DNA of 41,673 nt from positions 1 through 41,673 of the forward strand of contig JBKJTS010000027.1 of NCBI GenBank assembly GCA_046590885.1, given 5' to 3'. A model generated the notes under the pieces. That model ran no database searches, had not been told where the DNA came from, and saw nothing but the letters and a program-made list of their open reading frames with translations. The stretch's first letter is position 1. Each line of letters opens with the position of its first letter. This document shows positions 19,518 through 29,049 of this stretch, one piece after another. Origin of the DNA: Gammaproteobacteria bacterium (lineage in GTDB: Bacteria > Pseudomonadota > Gammaproteobacteria > Ga0077554 > Ga007554). A program made the translations under genes and the position numbers.

Positions 19518-19931
19518 CTAAGAAAACCAGCGCAGAAAAGCCGCAGAGGTCAATGCGGTAGCTCCCAGACCTGTTAAAACATGCCATGCACGATGGCGAC
19601 CTTTCTCGCTCCATTTTGCTGCGCTACGCAAATAAAGCGCCGCGAGCACAAATCCGATAGCAGCACAAACTACCTTGATAACCAGTGCACTAATAGCAAC
19701 CGCATGCAAATCAGGAAATTCATCGTAAAAATAGAAACTAATAGCTCCAAAAATTACCCCGCTGCCACCCTGTGCTCCCCAGGCGATTAATACCAGCCAA
19801 GCCATGCAGTTTTGCAGTTGAAGCTGATCCGGTTTAGCTTTCAAGGCAAAAAAAGCACCTCCTACCACTGCAACTGCGCCGAAATTATGAATGACCTGGG
19901 TTACCGCATAAGACAGGTTTTCTAATTGCAT
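19518..19931 (-). CDS. Small 4-TM inner-membrane protein, unknown function (weak CopD-like flavour)
   Basis: 137 aa with four clear hydrophobic helices. His in TM1 (VIHNFGAVAVVGG). The start is 3 nt after the upstream stop, implying translational coupling. Confidence 0.6.
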   Translation of the reverse strand: MQLENLSYAVTQVIHNFGAVAVVGGAFFALKAKPDQLQLQNCMAWLVLIAWGAQGGSGVIFGAISFYFYDEFPDLHAVAISALVIKVVCAAIGFVLAALYLRSAAKWSEKGRHRAWHVLTGLGATALTSAAFLRWFS

Positions 19932-19934
19932 TAA

Positions 19935-20282
19935 CTAGATCGCGGTTACTTTGAGGCAGGTATCCTGTCCGATCGAGGCATGACCTTTATTCACCACTTT
20001 TATACATAACGCATGCGTACCTGGAGGTAACGGATCAAGCGCAAACGTGCTCTTTAATTTTCGCAAAATCCCTGCTTCTTTGCCATTGACATATATGTGC
20101 GAATGATCACCACCGGCATTAGGTACAATTGCATAAACAACATTGAGTGGCGCACCCGCCTTTATTTTGCTTCCGTTAGTTGGTGAGGTGATTTTCACAT
20201 TGGCATCGGCCAGCACGCTGGAACCCCACAGCGCGATGCCCAGAGTAAGCAGGGTACAGGATGTGCGAACAAACTTACTCAT
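19935..20282 (-). CDS. Small secreted beta-sandwich-like protein, DUF4399-like
   Basis: 115 aa with GGAGA 9 nt upstream. Signal peptide ...LGIALWGSSVLA/DA. The His cluster GGDHSHIYVNG and LPPGTHALCIKVVNKGH resemble the DUF4399 pattern (HHHLLID ... GxHxL). The family call is from memory. Confidence 0.6.
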   Translation of the reverse strand: MSKFVRTSCTLLTLGIALWGSSVLADANVKITSPTNGSKIKAGAPLNVVYAIVPNAGGDHSHIYVNGKEAGILRKLKSTFALDPLPPGTHALCIKVVNKGHASIGQDTCLKVTAI

Positions 20283-20516
20283 AATGAATTATCTCCATAA
20301 TTTTAAGTATAAATAATTAGAAATCTGCGGTAAAACCCTATTCAGGACACTAGCATAGTGACCCTATATTCGCAAGTGGACAGGCGCGGGATGGTGGCCG
20401 GGATACAGAGTGAGAACACCCAAAGAAGATCAGCAAAACGAAACGAGCAGGACAAATTTAATATGCCTTAAAGAACCGGTTATTTAACATAATATATTGA
20501 TATATAATCAAATATA

Positions 20517-21608
20517 TTAATTATCCACGCCCACCGCCTCGCTCACACAGTCAAACCCATCGCGACGCAGGAGCTCGAGTAGCTGGGTTTTGATAGATCG
20601 GGCAATAGCCGGGCCATGGTAAATAAACGCGGTATAAACTTGCACTAAACTCGCTCCCGCACGCAGTTTTTCATACGCATCTTGCCCGTTGCTGATGCCC
20701 CCCACACCAATGATGGGAACGTGCTTGCCGACGACACGATACAATGTCCGGATCACCTGTGTACTGCGGTCACGCAAGGGCATGCCGCTTAAACCACCGG
20801 TTTCATTGACACTCGAAATTAGGCCATCGCGGCGTAAGGTGGTATTGGTGGCAATCACCCCATCTATACCAGCACCTGAAACAAGCGCCAATGCCCCAAT
20901 CGTTTCAAGGTCTTCGTCTGCAAGGTCAGGGGCTATTTTGAGCAGACACGGGATGGGCGCGCGTTGGTGGTGTGCGGCCAGGCGCTGATTAGCGGCTTGA
21001 ATCTGCGCCATTAGCGCCCCCAGCGTGTCGGCACCTTGTAGCAGACGCAGGCCCGGTGTATTGGGTGAGCTGACATTAATCACGCAGTAATCACCATAAG
21101 GAAACAGCTTTTCAAATGCGGCGATATAGTCGTCTGCCGCCTCTTCTAATGGTGTGTCTTTGTTTTTACCCAGGTTGATGCCGAGCGGTATGGCCGGTTT
21201 ATTCAAACGTAACAGACGTGCAGCAACCGCATCTGCGCCCTCATTGGGAAAACCCATGCGATTAATAATGGCCTGATCGTCTGACAACCGAAAAATTCGA
21301 GGACGCGGGTTACCCTCTTGTGGACGGGGCGTGACAGTGCCGATTTCTATGAAACCAAAACCCAACGCCGCCAACGCCGGGATAGTGCGGGCATTTTTGT
21401 CAAACCCCGCTGCAATGCCCAGTGGATTAGGGAAATGCAACCCCCACAAGGTTTGTGCAAGGCGCGAATCCTCCCCGCCATAAATTGAGGCCGCCGCCCT
21501 GCAGCTGATGCGGCACTGGCCCGTTTTTTCCAGTGCGCTGATGGCGAGGTCATGTGCTTGTTCAGGATCAAGACGAAAAATGGCAGGTTTCAGGAAGTTA
21601 TAGAACAT
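20517..21608 (-). CDS. pyrD: Dihydroorotate dehydrogenase (quinone), class 2
   Basis: 363 aa. MFYNFLKPAIFRLDPEQAHDL is collinear with the E. coli PyrD N-terminus. Also GFIEIGTVTPRPQEGNPRPRIFRL and INVSSPNTPGLR. Confidence 0.95.
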   Translation of the reverse strand: MFYNFLKPAIFRLDPEQAHDLAISALEKTGQCRISCRAAASIYGGEDSRLAQTLWGLHFPNPLGIAAGFDKNARTIPALAALGFGFIEIGTVTPRPQEGNPRPRIFRLSDDQAIINRMGFPNEGADAVAARLLRLNKPAIPLGINLGKNKDTPLEEAADDYIAAFEKLFPYGDYCVINVSSPNTPGLRLLQGADTLGALMAQIQAANQRLAAHHQRAPIPCLLKIAPDLADEDLETIGALALVSGAGIDGVIATNTTLRRDGLISSVNETGGLSGMPLRDRSTQVIRTLYRVVGKHVPIIGVGGISNGQDAYEKLRAGASLVQVYTAFIYHGPAIARSIKTQLLELLRRDGFDCVSEAVGVDN

Positions 21609-21660
21609 TATCTGAGCCTGTTAGAAACAATTTCAGTACGTACACGTACGATTTTTATGG

Positions 21661-22752
21661 CTATTGCGTGGCGCCCATTTCCACGGCGCGACGGTGACTG
21701 GCCGCAGCATCCCATGTAGGGTTTTCATCAAGCCAACCCTGGGTATGCTTTGCCACTAATGCAGCCAATGCCTGGATATGATCAGGCCGGTCGTTGAGTG
21801 CGGGAATGTAGCTGTAACGCTCTCCCCCCGCCGCAAGAAACACGCCGCGATTAAGTATCACCATTTCTTCGAGGGTTTCCAGACAGTCTGCGGAAAAACC
21901 GGGGCAGATGATATCGACGCTCTTTACGCCGGACCTGCTCAGCGCTTCGAGGGTTTTATCCGTATATGGCTTCAACCATTCTTCACGGCCAAAGCGTGAT
22001 TGAAATGCCACTTGCCAGCGCTCTTGCGGCAACTCCAATTGTTGCGCAATCAAACGTGCCGTGACATGGCATTCACAGTGATACGGATCACCTGCCAGTA
22101 AACAACGCTTGGGGATACCATGAAACGAGAACAACAACTTTTCAGCCTGACCGTGCTGCGCCCAATGCTCGCGCACGCTGGCGGCGAGCGCTTTGATATA
22201 GGCAGGATCGTCATGATAATGCGTAATCATGCGCAGTTCCGGTATCCAGCGCCAGGTCTTGAAGGCAGCGGCCACCGCATCAAATGTCGATGCTGCCGTA
22301 GCGGCGGCATATTGTGGGTAAAGCGGAAACACCAGAATGCGCTGCACATTAGCCTGGCGCAATTCGCTCAGTGCATCCGCTATCGAGGGAGTGCCGTAAC
22401 GCATACCGAGCGCTACCTTCACCGAGCTGCCCAGTTGCTGGGCCAGCAAACTTTGCAGTGTAGCGGCTTGCTGTCGCGAAATCACCAGTAAAGGCGAGCC
22501 TTCGGTAGTCCAGATGCTTTGGTAGGCATGCGCGGAGCGTGTGGGGCGCGTACGCAGAATTACGCCGTGCAAAATCAACCACCACACTGGCCGGGGGATT
22601 TCAACAATGCGAGGATCCCACAAAAATTCGCCAAGATAACGGCGTAATGCCGCTGGGGTAGGTGCGTCAGGTGTGCCAAGATTGGTAATTAAAATACCGA
22701 TAGTAGGTGATGTGCCATGCACATAATCTTTTCCACTTTGATCCATGCTCAT
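21661..22752 (-). CDS. hemH: Ferrochelatase
   Basis: IGILITNLGTPDAPTPAALRRYLGEFLWDPRIVEIPR, YPQY, and a C-terminal ...DCLETLEE motif. I chose the start at ATG 22752 (or 22746). The longer ORF-track start at 22845 would overlap the thioredoxin gene. Confidence 0.92.
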   Translation of the reverse strand: MSMDQSGKDYVHGTSPTIGILITNLGTPDAPTPAALRRYLGEFLWDPRIVEIPRPVWWLILHGVILRTRPTRSAHAYQSIWTTEGSPLLVISRQQAATLQSLLAQQLGSSVKVALGMRYGTPSIADALSELRQANVQRILVFPLYPQYAAATAASTFDAVAAAFKTWRWIPELRMITHYHDDPAYIKALAASVREHWAQHGQAEKLLFSFHGIPKRCLLAGDPYHCECHVTARLIAQQLELPQERWQVAFQSRFGREEWLKPYTDKTLEALSRSGVKSVDIICPGFSADCLETLEEMVILNRGVFLAAGGERYSYIPALNDRPDHIQALAALVAKHTQGWLDENPTWDAAASHRRAVEMGATQ

Positions 22753-22786
22753 TATTAACAACCCTTTGAACTTTGTTAGACTGTTC

Positions 22787-23134
22787 TTATATTTCTTTAT
22801 GTACTTCGGCCATATCGACCGCCTTAATTTTTTCAATGACGTCATGCAATCCGGCGGCAGGCAAGGCTCCAGCCTCCATAAAAATAACTACACTTTCGCG
22901 CACTGCCATTAAGGTGGGAATGGAACGAATCTGAAAGTGTTCTGCGAGTTCCTGTTCAACTTCCGTATTAACTTTGCCAAAGGCAATGTCGGGGTATTGG
23001 GCTGCTACTTGCTCGTAAATGGGAGCAAAAGAACGGCAAGGGCCACACCATGGCGCCCAGAAATCTACCATAACGATGTTATGGGCAGCGATAATGTCGG
23101 CAAAGCTTTCTTTCGTAAGATCAACGATGGCCAT
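22787..23134 (-). CDS. Thioredoxin
   Basis: 115 aa from ATG 23134 (AAGGA upstream). Active site is WCGPC in VDFWAPWCGPCRSFAP. The cis-Pro region is IRSIPTLM. Confidence 0.9.
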   Translation of the reverse strand: MAIVDLTKESFADIIAAHNIVMVDFWAPWCGPCRSFAPIYEQVAAQYPDIAFGKVNTEVEQELAEHFQIRSIPTLMAVRESVVIFMEAGALPAAGLHDVIEKIKAVDMAEVHKEI

Positions 23135-23279
23135 AAAAACATCCTTGGTTGGTAGAAATGGCGAAGATACCATTAATCATTGAAAGCTATCCAGTATTTT
23201 TGCAAGTCGCTCGGTTGTTTTAACAAAAAATACATTACATATCAAATAATTATTTTTCCCTGCAAGATTGATCTGTCCA

Positions 23280-26200
23280 TTAGAGCGCTTTAAGCTGTGG
23301 GCGCTTACGTATTAATACCCAATACAACACTGGCATCACCATTAGCACCAACGGTAGTTGCACGATCAACCCAGAGATAATTGCCACCGCCAGCGGTTGT
23401 TGCATGGTGGAGCCTTGCCCTAATGCGAACGCCAGCGGTAATAAGGTCAAGATGGCGGCTAGAGTTGTCATCGCGATCGGACGCATGCGGTTTTTACCGG
23501 CGTCGATGAGCGCATTGGCAAGTGGCATTTTTTCTGCCAAGTCCCAGTATTCGGAAAAGTAAAAAATCGCCACTTCAGTCACGATGCCGATGATCATCGT
23601 CATCCCCATCATCGCTGAAATATCGAGCTCTATGTCAGTCAGCCACAAACCTGTAAAGACGGCCGATACAGCCAGTAGGGGCATCGCCAGTATTGCCAGA
23701 GCCATGCGGAAACTTTCATACATAAACAATAGCAATAAAAATACCAGCCCTAACGCTGCGATAAACACAGTTATCAAGCCCTGAAAAGCGATTTGCTGTT
23801 GCGCATACATACCGCCCAGTTCAAAGTAAATGCCATTGGGAAGCAGCTGCGGCGTAGCCATAACGAGCTTCACGTCCGTGATGACTGCACCCATGGAACG
23901 TCCGCTGATGCGACCCGTCACCGCCACCATGCGTTTCAGATTTTCGCGGTGGATTTGCGGCTGCCCGCTAATCGCTACAATTTCGGCTACGCGCTTTAAT
24001 GGAAACATATGCCCGTCCGGCGCACTAATCAGTAATTTACCCACATCAGGCGTAATCGCCCGCTGATCCTGCGGTATCCATACACGCACCCCGACCAGTT
24101 TTGGACCATTTTGCATTTGCGTAGTGACAATCCCGGTCAAATAACCACTCACGATCTGCGTGATGCTGTCGGGGTTCATGCCTTCCAGCGCTGCTTTGAC
24201 ACGATCAACGTGAATTTCCAGGGCATCCCCTGCCGGATTGATGCCATCACGCGTATCCACTACTCCCGCAACACGATTGATTGCAGCTTGAACCTTTTTC
24301 GCTGTGACTTGCAATTCATCCTGATTATCGCCGAATAACTTGATTTCTATCGGTTGCGGCACGGCCGTTAAATCACCTATAAGATCCTCCATCAACTGCA
24401 TCAGCTCTATTTCCAAGCCCGGCACGGTTTGCTCGATCTGGCTGCGGATATCGTTCATCACCGTTTCTATCGGCGGACGCGCTCCTGATTTCAGCCGGAT
24501 GAAGAAATCGCCCTCATTGGCCTCGGCCATGCCACCGCCCAACTGCGTTCCAGTGCGGCGTGAATAGGTATCGACATGGGGATTGGCTTTGATAATCACC
24601 TCTATTTGCTGCAATAATCTATCAGTCTCCGTCAGTGACGTGCCTGGCTCTGAACGATAATCGAGGATAAAACCACCCTCATCCGTTACAGGCATAAATC
24701 CCGAACCCACTTGATTAAAGCCAATATACCCTGCCCCCAGTAACGGCACGATGAATAGCAATAGCAATATCGGATGCTTCATAAAATGTTGCATTAACAC
24801 ATCATAACGCGCGTGCAACCAGTGTGTGAACCTGCCGCCTTCTACCTGGCTGGCGTCTTTTTCTGTCAAAAAATAATCTGCAAGCAGCGGCACTGCCAAC
24901 CACGTCACCACAAAAGAAATAATCAAACCTGCTGCCATGGTGAGCGACAATGCCTTAAAAAAAGTACCCGTCACCCCCGTCAAAAATGCCAATGGCAAAA
25001 AAATAATAATGGTAGAGGCCGACGAGCCGGCTAAAGGACGCAGGAATTCCGCGGCAGCCGCCATCACCCGACCATGATGTTCTCCACCTGCACTGCGTAA
25101 ACGTCTTACGATATGTTCTATCATCACAATGGCGTCGTCGATAATCAGCCCGACGGCTGCCGCCATGCCGCCTAATGTCATGATATTGAAACTCATCTCC
25201 AGTACGTAGAGCAAAACCACGGTCGCCGCCAGAACTGTCGGCACAACCACTGCTGCTATCAACGTAATCTTTATATTGCGCAAAAACAGCAGCAACACCA
25301 GCAAGGCCAAACCCGTGCCCAAGATAATCGCATCGCGCACACTGGCCGCCGAATCCACCACCAATACGTTTTGATCATACCAATTCGCTAATTTTACGTC
25401 GGCGGGTAACTGGGGTTGATACGCAGCCAGTTTTGCCGCTACATCGGATGCGATCCGCACGCTATTGCTGCCGGGTTGTTGGTAGATATTAAACAGCACT
25501 GCAGGACGGCCATCGGCATTGACACGCGTCCATTGCGGCACGACACTATCGCTGACGTCTGCCACATCCTCCAGGTGCAAAATCGCACCGCCGCTGGTTT
25601 TAATCACCGTATCATTAATTTGTTGCAGGGATTTAAGGCGCGTATCGGCGATGGCCAGATAAAGCTTGTAATGATCTTCCAGTCGTCCCACCGCAGTCAC
25701 TACATTCGCCGCGCTCAAGGATTGCGCCACATCCGTCAACGTCAGACCATAGGCATTGAGACGCGCGGGGTCAACGGTGACACGATATTCCTGCTGAGCG
25801 CCGCCGATCACTTCTATACGCGCCACGCCGTTAATACTCGACAACAATGGGCGCAATTGATAATGTGCCAGATCATATAATGCGGTTTGCGATTGTGTCT
25901 CCGAGGTCAAACTATATGCCAGAATCGGAAACACCGTCGGGTCCATGCGTCGGGTAGTCATCTGTGTGCCCGCAAGCAAGCTTGGTAAAATCTGGTTAAT
26001 CGCCTGATTAATCTGCGACGTCGCCAATTCCATGTCAACACCCCAGTCGAAGCTCACTGACACATCTGCCACACCACGACTGGTGGTTGAGCGCACATTA
26101 CGCACGCCCGGCACGCGCCGCACCGCTTCTTCCACGGGCTGCGTCACTGCTAGCATCATCACGTCAGCAGGTCTATCGCCCGCCTCCAGAGACACCATTA

Positions 26201-26333
26201 CACGCGGAAAGTCCACATTCGGAAACAACGTCACTGGCAATTTGAATGCTGCAGCCATACCCGCCACTGCCAACAGTCCCAAGAGGAATAAAATGGAACG
26301 CCGGTGCGATTGCATCCATGTGGTAAAATTCAT
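23280..26333 (-). CDS. RND efflux permease (AcrB/CusA/CzcA superfamily)
   Basis: 1017 aa with 12-TM architecture. The TM4 proton-relay motif is GLIIDDAIVMIEH. Its start overlaps the MFP stop in an ATGA. Confidence 0.92.
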   Translation of the reverse strand: MNFTTWMQSHRRSILFLLGLLAVAGMAAAFKLPVTLFPNVDFPRVMVSLEAGDRPADVMMLAVTQPVEEAVRRVPGVRNVRSTTSRGVADVSVSFDWGVDMELATSQINQAINQILPSLLAGTQMTTRRMDPTVFPILAYSLTSETQSQTALYDLAHYQLRPLLSSINGVARIEVIGGAQQEYRVTVDPARLNAYGLTLTDVAQSLSAANVVTAVGRLEDHYKLYLAIADTRLKSLQQINDTVIKTSGGAILHLEDVADVSDSVVPQWTRVNADGRPAVLFNIYQQPGSNSVRIASDVAAKLAAYQPQLPADVKLANWYDQNVLVVDSAASVRDAIILGTGLALLVLLLFLRNIKITLIAAVVVPTVLAATVVLLYVLEMSFNIMTLGGMAAAVGLIIDDAIVMIEHIVRRLRSAGGEHHGRVMAAAAEFLRPLAGSSASTIIIFLPLAFLTGVTGTFFKALSLTMAAGLIISFVVTWLAVPLLADYFLTEKDASQVEGGRFTHWLHARYDVLMQHFMKHPILLLLFIVPLLGAGYIGFNQVGSGFMPVTDEGGFILDYRSEPGTSLTETDRLLQQIEVIIKANPHVDTYSRRTGTQLGGGMAEANEGDFFIRLKSGARPPIETVMNDIRSQIEQTVPGLEIELMQLMEDLIGDLTAVPQPIEIKLFGDNQDELQVTAKKVQAAINRVAGVVDTRDGINPAGDALEIHVDRVKAALEGMNPDSITQIVSGYLTGIVTTQMQNGPKLVGVRVWIPQDQRAITPDVGKLLISAPDGHMFPLKRVAEIVAISGQPQIHRENLKRMVAVTGRISGRSMGAVITDVKLVMATPQLLPNGIYFELGGMYAQQQIAFQGLITVFIAALGLVFLLLLFMYESFRMALAILAMPLLAVSAVFTGLWLTDIELDISAMMGMTMIIGIVTEVAIFYFSEYWDLAEKMPLANALIDAGKNRMRPIAMTTLAAILTLLPLAFALGQGSTMQQPLAVAIISGLIVQLPLVLMVMPVLYWVLIRKRPQLKAL

Positions 26334-27349
26334 CGTCCCTTCACACGCACTAACATGCCGTCCTGCAACTCATAATTACCCAAGCTCACAATGGGTGCGC
26401 CATTCAGGAGTGCGCCTGTTACCGCCACCCAATTACCCTGCTCCAGACCCGTTTGCACATTAATACGTTTGGCGTGGCTCTGTTGCACCTGAAACACATA
26501 TGACCCTTGCACATCACGTAACACCGCAGAACGTGGCACGACCCACGCAGCCTGTTGTCCCACCCGGATTGCCGCCCGCACCCGCGTCCCCACCATCAGT
26601 CCACCCGTTGGCAGTTCAACCTCCACGTCGACCAATTGCGTGAGCGGGTTGATCATGCCGAATACCTCCACTACTCGGCCTGTGATGCTATGGACACTAT
26701 CAAACACCGATACAACATGCACCTGCATAGTTGTCCGCACTTTACCAACATCTTCTGGCTCTATGCCCAGAATGACACGCTGGCTACCGGGTCTGGCTAA
26801 CTGCACGACGGCCGCGCCTGCGGCGAGACGATCTCCAGGCATGACCAACACCGCCGCCACCCATCCATCAAACGGCGCAATCACTTGTTCCAACACCTTG
26901 CCCGAACCTATTTCCTGTTGCGCATTTAATGCTACTTGGGCATCAGCCACAGCTTTATCCGACGCACCTAATTGCGATTGCGTTGCCAGTTGCTGACTGA
27001 GCAGCTGTGCCACACGCCCACGCTCGGCTTGAGCAAAGCGCAAAGCTATCGCCGCTTGCCGATATGCCAAAGCAGCATCCGTCCCGGTAACAAATGCCAT
27101 AAGCGCTGCACCTTTACGCACGCGCTGTCCCGTATTGACATACATCCTCTGCACTTGTCCGGCACGTGGCAAACTTACGCTTTGCAGATTGCGTGCGTCA
27201 TTCGATACCACGCCATAACCTGACACCGTATCGGTCAACATCTGCTGTTTTAACATCACGGTTTGCACCGCAACACTCACGTCATCCTCCGCCCAGCCCG
27301 GTGCCGCTAAAATCAATGTCAACCATAAAGGGATGTACTGAAACTTCAT
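26330..27349 (-). CDS. RND efflux periplasmic adaptor (membrane fusion protein)
   Basis: 339 aa with a signal sequence. It has a coiled-coil hairpin (AQAERGRVAQLLSQQLATQSQL...ADAQVALNAQQE), a lipoyl-like segment and a beta-barrel segment. ATGA overlaps at both ends. Confidence 0.88.
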   Translation of the reverse strand: MKFQYIPLWLTLILAAPGWAEDDVSVAVQTVMLKQQMLTDTVSGYGVVSNDARNLQSVSLPRAGQVQRMYVNTGQRVRKGAALMAFVTGTDAALAYRQAAIALRFAQAERGRVAQLLSQQLATQSQLGASDKAVADAQVALNAQQEIGSGKVLEQVIAPFDGWVAAVLVMPGDRLAAGAAVVQLARPGSQRVILGIEPEDVGKVRTTMQVHVVSVFDSVHSITGRVVEVFGMINPLTQLVDVEVELPTGGLMVGTRVRAAIRVGQQAAWVVPRSAVLRDVQGSYVFQVQQSHAKRINVQTGLEQGNWVAVTGALLNGAPIVSLGNYELQDGMLVRVKGR

Positions 27350-28701
27350 TTACTGTTCCTTAATTCAGGTAAATCAGGACCTAGCAGGGTTTCCAGAGCA
27401 ATACGCTGCTCCATCAATGCCTCGGCCAGATTAATCACTTCCGTTTGCTTATCAAGAAAACCTGCTTGTAAACGCATATAATCGGGTGCGGCGAGATTTC
27501 CTGCCTGATACGCAGCCGCGGCACGTTGCATGAGCTGCTGCAAAACCACTACACCTTGCCGGGTGCGCTGCAATTGCGTTTCTAATAATGGTAGATTTTC
27601 AAAAGCCAGCGCGATTTCATTATATGCACTGTTAAGCCTGTCTTGATATTCATTGAACAGCTTGTTGCGTGTCGCCTGCTCTATGGCGATATTGCCGCGA
27701 TTGCGGTTGAATATCGGCAAGCTCAAACTCAAGCCAAACCCTAGTGTGTACAGGCCTGCCGTATCACGTGCTCGCGTCAGCCCCACATTCAGCGCAGGAA
27801 ATTGCGCCCATATTGTGCCCCGGTATTTTTCTTCCTGTGATAGATACCCTGCTTGCAAAGAAACTAAATCAGGCCGCCTGGCCAACCGTTCTCCTATATC
27901 AGCCGCAAGGGCTGATATATCTATGGACGCAGGATGTACCTCGCCTACCAACGGCACGTGGGCCGTCGCTCTCAAGCCCAGAAGGCCATTCAAGCTAGCT
28001 CGATTCTGCACGACATTTCGTTCCAGCTCATTGATTTGTCGCTCCACGTTCTGCACCACAACAAAATCTGCACTGGCAAAATCCAACGTCACATTACCCG
28101 CCTCAATCGCACGTTGACTGGCCTGATAACGCTGCATCAATAAATTACGCGTTTCCTGCAACTTCAGCATTAATGCGTCTTGTGCCGTGAGTCGTGTAAA
28201 CAGTAACTTTACCTGACTGACTATCTGCCACTCTTGCCACAGCACTTCCATATTGACGCGCTCGACATCACTATACGCCGCATTTTTACGCGAAGACCGT
28301 AATAACAAGGCATTAATGTCATAGCTAAGATTAGAATTAAACGCACTCGTCGTCCCCGTGCCGCCATTGGTTGGGTGATCTGACGTTATTCCCAGTTGCG
28401 GATCGGGCAATAATCCCGCCGCGAACGCCTGTGCCCGCACCACACCCATACTATCCCGCGCTTGCCGTAACTGCGGGTTATTCGCCACTGCCAACATCGC
28501 CACCTCATCGCTATCCAAGCCATCAGCAGGATCAAACACATGGCTCCGCAACAACCGAGACTGCCATGGCGTTAATTGAATATTCACCATTGCAATCGAC
28601 TGTTGATTGTCCACCTTGTTCGACAATGGGTGCGGCGTATAGGTGGTACACGCCGACAACATTACCAAACTCACATACCCGATGATTCTATATACACGCA
28701 T
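27346..28701 (-). CDS. Outer-membrane efflux factor (TolC/NodT-type lipoprotein)
   Basis: The start at ATG 28701 gives MRVYRIIGYVSLVMLSAC with the lipobox LSAC. The protein shows the two-repeat coiled-coil OMF architecture. The ORF-track start at 28800 is less likely. Confidence 0.85.
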   Translation of the reverse strand: MRVYRIIGYVSLVMLSACTTYTPHPLSNKVDNQQSIAMVNIQLTPWQSRLLRSHVFDPADGLDSDEVAMLAVANNPQLRQARDSMGVVRAQAFAAGLLPDPQLGITSDHPTNGGTGTTSAFNSNLSYDINALLLRSSRKNAAYSDVERVNMEVLWQEWQIVSQVKLLFTRLTAQDALMLKLQETRNLLMQRYQASQRAIEAGNVTLDFASADFVVVQNVERQINELERNVVQNRASLNGLLGLRATAHVPLVGEVHPASIDISALAADIGERLARRPDLVSLQAGYLSQEEKYRGTIWAQFPALNVGLTRARDTAGLYTLGFGLSLSLPIFNRNRGNIAIEQATRNKLFNEYQDRLNSAYNEIALAFENLPLLETQLQRTRQGVVVLQQLMQRAAAAYQAGNLAAPDYMRLQAGFLDKQTEVINLAEALMEQRIALETLLGPDLPELRNSK

Positions 28702-28990
28702 TACTGCTACCATTTCATCCAAACTATGCACAGTATAAATCCCTACCCTTAAAAAAGACTTAAGGAAACACTTATTAAAACAATATATTTGACGCCCCAA
28801 TCTCTACAACAGACTTTTTTCCAGCGGGGGAAGGTTTATTCGGGACTAAATTCAGAAGTTAACACGCCCCTTCGGTTCGTAATTCTGTATTTTAAGATGA
28901 TCGAAACCAGGCTCACCATCGTGGATCGGCCCCAGTAGGGTGTTAATGGAAAATCTGGATTTCATGTTAAATAGAGGGTTTGCATGACTA

Positions 28991-29023
28991 GCAATCCAGT
29001 GCACTAATATGCCACTGGATTGC
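28991..29023 (-). terminator. Perfect 11-bp stem-loop 27 nt downstream of the htpG stop; 3'-end hairpin without a clear U-tract
   Basis: GCAATCCAGTG (28991-29001) pairs with CACTGGATTGC (29013-29023) around an 11-nt loop. No T-run follows on either strand, so its function as an intrinsic terminator is uncertain. Confidence 0.4.
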
Positions 29024-29049
29024 TGTCCATACACGACAAGGCAGTGATG

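Noticed and set aside
20491-20518. AT-only imperfect palindrome AATATATTGATATATAATCAAATATATT overlapping the pyrD stop
   Set aside because: It is pure A/T, imperfect and low in information. It is likely just AT-rich spacer or a weak terminator region.
28852-29034. 60-aa minus-strand ORF between htpG and the efflux operon
   Set aside because: It has no RBS and no family resemblance, and it is spanned by the perfect 11-bp hairpin. More likely it is the htpG 3' UTR or promoter region.
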